From the NCBI GenBank assembly GCA_024275315.1, contig JAJRZK010000027.1:68714-132713 (forward strand): a stretch of DNA of 64,000 bases. Reading direction: 5' to 3'. Made by a program: the position numbers and the translations under genes. This DNA comes from Nitrospirota bacterium. GTDB taxonomy: Bacteria > Nitrospinota_A > UBA7883. This document shows, piece by piece, positions 58,917-64,000 of this stretch. The notes beneath the pieces were generated by a model. It was given only the letters and a program-made list of their open reading frames with translations. It was not told the origin of the DNA and did not search any database. Within the stretch, counting starts at the first letter, position 1. Each line of letters opens with the position of its first letter.

Positions 58917-59890
58917 TGGTAGTCTTCAATTACGCCAATCGTGAATTGACGGCGAAAATCGTCTATTACGGCCCGGGGCTGTGCGGGAAAACCACGAACC
59001 TTGAATTCATCCACCAGAAAATCTCCCCCGGCAAAAGAGGCCAGCTTCTAAGCCTGGCCACCGAAACCGACAGGACCCTGTTTTTCGACCTGCTACCGGT
59101 GGATCTGGGTACCATATCGGGGTTCCACGTCCGGCTACAGCTTTTTACCGTGCCCGGCCAGACGTATTATAACTCCACACGCAAACTGGTGTTGCGCGGC
59201 GCTGACGGTGTCGTATTTGTGGCCGACAGCAGGCGAGATCTGCTTGACGCCAATATCGAAAGCCTTCATAACCTTTTTGAAAACCTGAAGGAAAACAACA
59301 TCGATCCCGACTCCCTGGCGTTGGTGTTGCAATATAACAAACAGGATCTAAAACCGCTTATACCGGTGGAGGAATTGAACAAAGCCCTTAACCCCAAAGG
59401 AGCGCCATGGACAAAAGCCGTGGCGCTACGGGGTGTAGGCGTCATAGAAACTTTCAAGCTCATCTCCAAGGATGTGATCACACTGCTGAAAAACAAAGTC
59501 GGCGCGGTCCAGGTCCCGCCGGGTCCAGCCACGCCTCCGCAAAAGGCGCCACCGGCGGATATCGATGGCCAGCAGATAAAAATCAAATCGGAAAAAACCC
59601 ATATTCCGAAAGGCTCCAGGGCTACCAGGGAACAGATCCGCAAAGAAACCAGCCTTTCGGAACATGGGATAAAGTCACCGGCCCAAACAATCGAAACATG
59701 GCTAAGCTTGATGGAGGAGGGTAAAATAGACATGAGCGCAAAAGAAACACTGCCCCTGATCAACCATATAAAGAAAAACCTCGTGGGCATCATAGAAAGC
59801 AACAAGAAAACAAACGTCCAGCATGAAGACCTGTTCCGCCTTCTCGACAAGCTGGCGATGACGCTGAAAAAAGAGCCTGGTAACAAGTAA
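58916..59890 (+). CDS. mglA: MglA/SofG-family Ras-like GTPase with ~130-aa C-terminal extension
   Basis: First ~195 aa align closely with Myxococcus MglA (KIVYYGPGLCGKTTNL P-loop, TETDRTLFFD switch I with intrinsic Arg, TVPGQ, NKQD, GVGV). A Pro-rich linker and a ~90-aa helical C-domain follow. Confidence 0.8.
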   Translation: MVVFNYANRELTAKIVYYGPGLCGKTTNLEFIHQKISPGKRGQLLSLATETDRTLFFDLLPVDLGTISGFHVRLQLFTVPGQTYYNSTRKLVLRGADGVVFVADSRRDLLDANIESLHNLFENLKENNIDPDSLALVLQYNKQDLKPLIPVEELNKALNPKGAPWTKAVALRGVGVIETFKLISKDVITLLKNKVGAVQVPPGPATPPQKAPPADIDGQQIKIKSEKTHIPKGSRATREQIRKETSLSEHGIKSPAQTIETWLSLMEEGKIDMSAKETLPLINHIKKNLVGIIESNKKTNVQHEDLFRLLDKLAMTLKKEPGNK

Positions 59891-60101
59891 TAATATCCAT
59901 CCGGAACTCGGCCGGGGCTCGCCGCTGTCAACAATTTGACACAAGCGCCCATACCCGTCGCCCTGACCTGAGATATAACTCCATTAATATTAAATTGTTA
60001 ACTCGATCGCACGTCTTTCCGGAGTCGCGGCGCAAAACCGGCCACTCCGGCACGGGACTTGCTCACTTTACAGTCAGGAACAGTTGACTTTGGACAGGTA
60101 A

Positions 60102-62723
60102 GTGAGAATAGACAGCTTGGCGTTTAAAACGGTCTCCGCGCTTGTTGCGGTGGGGTTTTTCACTTTTGGCTTTCAGTTTGCCATAGGAGCCCCCGCCCGC
60201 ATCATCGATTTGAGCCTGAGCGAGCAGGAGGATCACAGCACACTCTCGATCACGACAGACATCACCCCCGACTTGGCTATGTCTTTCGACACGAAGACAT
60301 CCACCCTGACCGCCAGGCTTGTTTCAGTGACAGGGGAGAACATACTGGACGATCTCAAATACTCTGACAAGCTCATAAAATCGGTTTCGGCCGTAAAGGA
60401 AGAAAAAACCGGTGACGTGCTGATAAAGATAGCGTTCCACAAGCCAAACATCACCTTTAACCGCGCAAGCCTCCCCGGCGAGCCCGGGATCACGCTAAAC
60501 TTCCGCTCGACAGAAAAACCATTGAGAATAACCGGCGTCACCCCGGAAAAACTGATGGCCGCCATTGCCCGGCCTGCCGGGGAAAAACCTTCCAAAGAAA
60601 AAACCGTCGAACCCACCGCCCCGAAAACCGAACAACCCGCCGGCGAAACTATGGAAAAAAAGCCGGCCTCCATCGAGCCCGTAGCGGCAAAAGCGCCGGT
60701 GAAAAAGCCGGTCCGGTCAGAGCGGGAACTAGCCGAGTTGGCCGAACTGGACAAGGAATACAAGAAAATCGAGAACAATTCAGGCCGTGAACAGTATATC
60801 GAGTTGATGAAAAAGATACAGAAAGGAGAATTCGCAGAAGCCGTCGACGACGCCAACAGGTTCATGAAATATTTTCCGCTGTCGATTTACAGGGAACGGG
60901 TGTTGTACAGCAAGGCCGAAGCGCTGTACCGGATCGCAAAAAAGGACATGACCACGTTCAACACCGCCATCACAGCCGCAAACGAGGCTATCGCCTCGGC
61001 CCCGGACTCGTACCTGGCGCAACCGGCGCTGATGCACAAGGCGAGCCTGCTGGCCGACCAGGAGCTTTACACCGAAGCGCTGGCGGAATACGGCGGATTG
61101 CTTCGCCTCGCCCCGAAAGGGAAATATATTGTCACAGCCATGCTTTCCAGGGCGCAGATTTATATGAAGCAGGAGAAATTTCAGAAAGCGTACAACGAAC
61201 TGGAAAAAATCCTGATCCTTTTTCCGGCGCACAGGAAAGTGCGCGACGCAAAATATCTCATAGCAGAATCGCATTATCACAGGGGAAACTATAAGATCGC
61301 GGGAACCATATTTAACGAAGCCCTGAAACAATGGCCGACATACCCTAAAACCCACCCGGCCACATATATCAGAATCGCAGAAACGAACTATCGCCTGGGC
61401 AAAAAAAAACAGGCCATTGAAGATTGGTATTCGATCGTCAACCTCTTTCCCAAATCGTTTGAAGCGAGAAAATCGATGCTGTGGATCGGGGACACTCTTG
61501 TGGACATGAACAAGAAGCTCGACGCGGCCAAGATATTCGAGCGAACCGCGCGGCGTTATCCCAAGAACGACGAAGCTGTCATGGCCAGTATGAGACTGGC
61601 CACCTTGGGAGCCGAAAACCCGAAACTGTTGAAGCACAGCGAGATTTTCGATTACCACGCTTTTGAGCGTCCTTTTGAAACTTTCAATGAAATAATAAAG
61701 CGTTATCCCGACAAGCAGATAGGCCAGGACGCCCTCGTGCGCAAGGGCAAGGCGTTTTCCGACATCAAAAGATCCCTCTCGGCCATAATGGCGTTCAAAG
61801 AGCTCCTGAGGACATATCCGGGCTATCGCATGTCCGAAGAGGTGTTCGGGCTCGTAAGGAGCAACTTCCTGGAAATGATCAACACATATTACGAACAGGA
61901 CGGCTTTTTTATCGTGCTGATGACATATTACAACAACTTCGACCCCTTTCTGCGTGGAATAGAAAATCCCGAAATCCTGGTAAAAATAGCCGACAGCTAC
62001 TCGCATATGACACTGTACGACAGGGCCATAGAGTATTTCAGGCTCGCCAACAAGTTTGATCCGGACAAAAAACTGCTACCCAAAACGGCTTTCAACATCG
62101 CCATGATAACGCTGAAAAAGAAAAACTACGAAGAAGCGAAATCCATGTTGCGCCTTTACCTGAGGCAGTTCCCCCGATCCTCATACACCACGTCGGCCCG
62201 TCACCTGCTCGGTGACGCCTTTTATAAAACAGGTGAAGCGACGCAGGCCGTCACGGAATGGCGCATGGCCGTGGAAACAAACCCGGGACATCCCCGCACC
62301 TCGCGATCCCTGTACAATATGGGGCTGGTATACAAGGGCAAAAAGCAATACGCAATGGCCATAGACTCCTTTAACCGCGCCATAGACACTTTCTCGCCGA
62401 CCGTGAATACCGGAGAAGACCCGATCCACATTAAAAACAGCGTATATCTCGTCGCCGAAACCTATTATCTGGACCGAGACTTTCCCAACGCCATCCGGGA
62501 GGCCAACGCGGCGAAACGAAGATATAATGACGATAAACGCAATATCTGGATGGATTACCTGATATCATCCAGCCTGGAGCGGATCAACAAAGATGAGCAA
62601 GCCATAGCCAGGTTGAAAGACATGTCTGAACAGGACAAGGACCTTGCGGTGGCCAAAGTGGCCATGGCCAAGCTCAAAGCCTTCGAATGGAGAAGGAAAA
62701 ACGAGAGTCTTTTCGTAGACTAG
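60102..62723 (+). CDS. secreted multi-TPR protein with a possible N-terminal AMIN-like beta domain
   Basis: Signal peptide. A ~100-aa beta-rich segment (RIIDLSL...VLIKIAF...ITLNFRS) resembling AMIN domains. Lys/Glu/Pro-rich linker, then >=12 TPR-like repeats. GTG (60102) or TTG (60117) start. Confidence 0.7.
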   Translation: MRIDSLAFKTVSALVAVGFFTFGFQFAIGAPARIIDLSLSEQEDHSTLSITTDITPDLAMSFDTKTSTLTARLVSVTGENILDDLKYSDKLIKSVSAVKEEKTGDVLIKIAFHKPNITFNRASLPGEPGITLNFRSTEKPLRITGVTPEKLMAAIARPAGEKPSKEKTVEPTAPKTEQPAGETMEKKPASIEPVAAKAPVKKPVRSERELAELAELDKEYKKIENNSGREQYIELMKKIQKGEFAEAVDDANRFMKYFPLSIYRERVLYSKAEALYRIAKKDMTTFNTAITAANEAIASAPDSYLAQPALMHKASLLADQELYTEALAEYGGLLRLAPKGKYIVTAMLSRAQIYMKQEKFQKAYNELEKILILFPAHRKVRDAKYLIAESHYHRGNYKIAGTIFNEALKQWPTYPKTHPATYIRIAETNYRLGKKKQAIEDWYSIVNLFPKSFEARKSMLWIGDTLVDMNKKLDAAKIFERTARRYPKNDEAVMASMRLATLGAENPKLLKHSEIFDYHAFERPFETFNEIIKRYPDKQIGQDALVRKGKAFSDIKRSLSAIMAFKELLRTYPGYRMSEEVFGLVRSNFLEMINTYYEQDGFFIVLMTYYNNFDPFLRGIENPEILVKIADSYSHMTLYDRAIEYFRLANKFDPDKKLLPKTAFNIAMITLKKKNYEEAKSMLRLYLRQFPRSSYTTSARHLLGDAFYKTGEATQAVTEWRMAVETNPGHPRTSRSLYNMGLVYKGKKQYAMAIDSFNRAIDTFSPTVNTGEDPIHIKNSVYLVAETYYLDRDFPNAIREANAAKRRYNDDKRNIWMDYLISSSLERINKDEQAIARLKDMSEQDKDLAVAKVAMAKLKAFEWRRKNESLFVD

Positions 62724-62735
62724 CCGTATTCCGGA

Positions 62736-63866
62736 ATGAACAACAGGGCAAAAGAACTCGAAAAGCTCCGGGAGGCTTTTGACGCGCTCAACCTTTCGAC
62801 AGGCAAGCTAAAATCCGCCTACGACGAGCTAAAGTCCGAAGCGGCCCGGGTCAACAGGGACCTGGAGGAGAACCGGGGATTTCTGAGCGATATCCTGGAC
62901 AACCTCAACTGCGCCGTGGTGGTCACGGGCCTGGACGGTGCGGTACGCCTGTCCAACCCTGAAGCCCGCAGGCTCGGGGTGGACACCGGGCGAATGATCA
63001 AGGCGCTTCATAACAAGATGGTCAGCATCGCCGACAGGACCGAAATCCTCCAGCCGAAAATCGAGTGTGACACGGAAAACGGCGTCAAGCTCGCTGTCTC
63101 CGTTTCATGCCTGCACGCCAAAAAAAAGGGAAACGCGGGATTTATCTTCGTCATCGAAGACCAGACCGAGCTCGGCCGCCTGCGTAAACAAACCCAGAGA
63201 GCCGACAGGCTGGCGGCGATAGGGAAAATGGCGGCGGACATGGCCCACGAGGTGCGAAACCCGCTGGGGGGGATGGAAATCTTCGCTTCCCTGCTCGGGC
63301 GGGAGCTCGAGGGGGATGACGAGAAACTAAGGCTGTTAAATCACGTCACGACAGGCATCCATTCGATAAACAACGTAATCTCCAACTTCCTCCTGTTTAC
63401 AACCGACCCCAAACCTGTTAGAAAAGAGTTTGATCTTCGCAAGCTCGTCCTGAACGTAATTGAATTCACCGGGCACGTGTTCGAACAAAACAATATATTA
63501 GCCAAAACGGACATCCAGGAGTATCCGATGCCCGTCACAGCGGATGAAAACCTGATCCGGCAGGTGTTGTTGAACATGATACAAAACGCCATCAACGCAA
63601 TGCCGGATGGGGGAGAGTTTACAATCACCGCAAAAGACATAAAATCGGACGGACGGGTGGAGATCACCTGCTCTGACACGGGGCCCGGAGTGCCGGAAAA
63701 CATCAGGGAAAAAATATTCGACCCGTTTTTCACCACGAAAGAGACTGGAGCGGGACTGGGGCTCAGCATAGTGAGCCAGGTGCTCCAGGCGCATGGGGGT
63801 TACGCGGATATTCTGGAAACGGGCGCAGGCGGGACAAAATTCATCCTGGCTATTCCATACAGTTAG
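62736..63866 (+). CDS. PAS-domain sensor histidine kinase
   Basis: H-box AADMAHEVRNPLGG, N box NMIQNAINA, G1 DTGPGV, G2 GAGLGL. Confidence 0.8.
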   Translation: MNNRAKELEKLREAFDALNLSTGKLKSAYDELKSEAARVNRDLEENRGFLSDILDNLNCAVVVTGLDGAVRLSNPEARRLGVDTGRMIKALHNKMVSIADRTEILQPKIECDTENGVKLAVSVSCLHAKKKGNAGFIFVIEDQTELGRLRKQTQRADRLAAIGKMAADMAHEVRNPLGGMEIFASLLGRELEGDDEKLRLLNHVTTGIHSINNVISNFLLFTTDPKPVRKEFDLRKLVLNVIEFTGHVFEQNNILAKTDIQEYPMPVTADENLIRQVLLNMIQNAINAMPDGGEFTITAKDIKSDGRVEITCSDTGPGVPENIREKIFDPFFTTKETGAGLGLSIVSQVLQAHGGYADILETGAGGTKFILAIPYS

Positions 63867-63875
63867 AGCGGACAA

Positions 63876-64000
63876 ATGGAGCCTAAAAACATCCTGGTCG
63901 TCGACGACGAAGAAGAGATGCGTATAGCGCTGAAAGAAGCGCTCCACCGCGCCGGATACCAGGTCACCCTGGCAGGCGATGGCGAGGAGGGATACCGCCT
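63876..64000 (+). CDS. response regulator receiver (5' partial, runs off the window)
   Basis: MEPKNILVVDDEEEMRIALKEAL..., a typical REC N-terminus. Likely the cognate regulator of the kinase at 62736. Confidence 0.6.
   Translation, partial: MEPKNILVVDDEEEMRIALKEALHRAGYQVTLAGDGEEGYR

Noticed and set aside
60780-62006. 408-aa - strand ORF
   Set aside because: Antisense to the TPR protein gene.

Overview
This is a GC-rich (~58%) chromosomal segment from a Gram-negative bacterium, probably deltaproteobacterial/Desulfobacterota-like. The basis is its sigma-54 activators, MglA-type GTPase, class I LysRS, ThyX, BamE-like lipoproteins and ABC-2/GldG-like transporter.

It is mostly dense housekeeping operons:
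- Aminoacyl-tRNA synthetases: class I lysK, two gltX paralogs, cysS and aspS.
- Isoprenoid, cofactor and nucleotide genes: ispF, ribF, nadA, thyX, hpt and ogt.
- Central and core functions: pfkA, PBP1A, rho, cca, and grpE-dnaJ without dnaK.
- An MtdA-like dehydrogenase, a B12 corrinoid protein and an Hcy-methyltransferase/MetF fusion.

Interleaved with these are signalling and accessory modules:
- An ECF-like sigma / zf-HC2 anti-sigma / M48-TPR protease set.
- A PAS kinase with a sigma-54 response regulator carrying an in-frame TAG.
- A CheA plus CheD-REC fusion pair.
- A giant (1433 aa) BadF-type ATPase / 2-hydroxyacyl-CoA dehydratase fusion followed by a ferredoxin.
- A gldA/F/G-like ABC transporter with a DUF4340 protein.
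- An orphan HicB-like protein.
- At the 3' end, a polarity-type module: a domain-less sigma-54 activator, a pseudo-receiver/Pro-rich/TPR protein translationally coupled to an MglA/SofG-like GTPase with a ~130 aa C-terminal extension, a secreted TPR protein, and a sensor kinase with the start of a response regulator.

Other features: an AT-rich 5' segment (1-920) holding a stop-interrupted cysteine-hydrolase gene, a T6 frameshift splitting the sigma factor gene, a 101-bp tandem duplication at the 3' end of the metF fusion, and a strong palindromic hairpin at 5929-5957. No tRNA, rRNA, CRISPR or transposase genes were seen.
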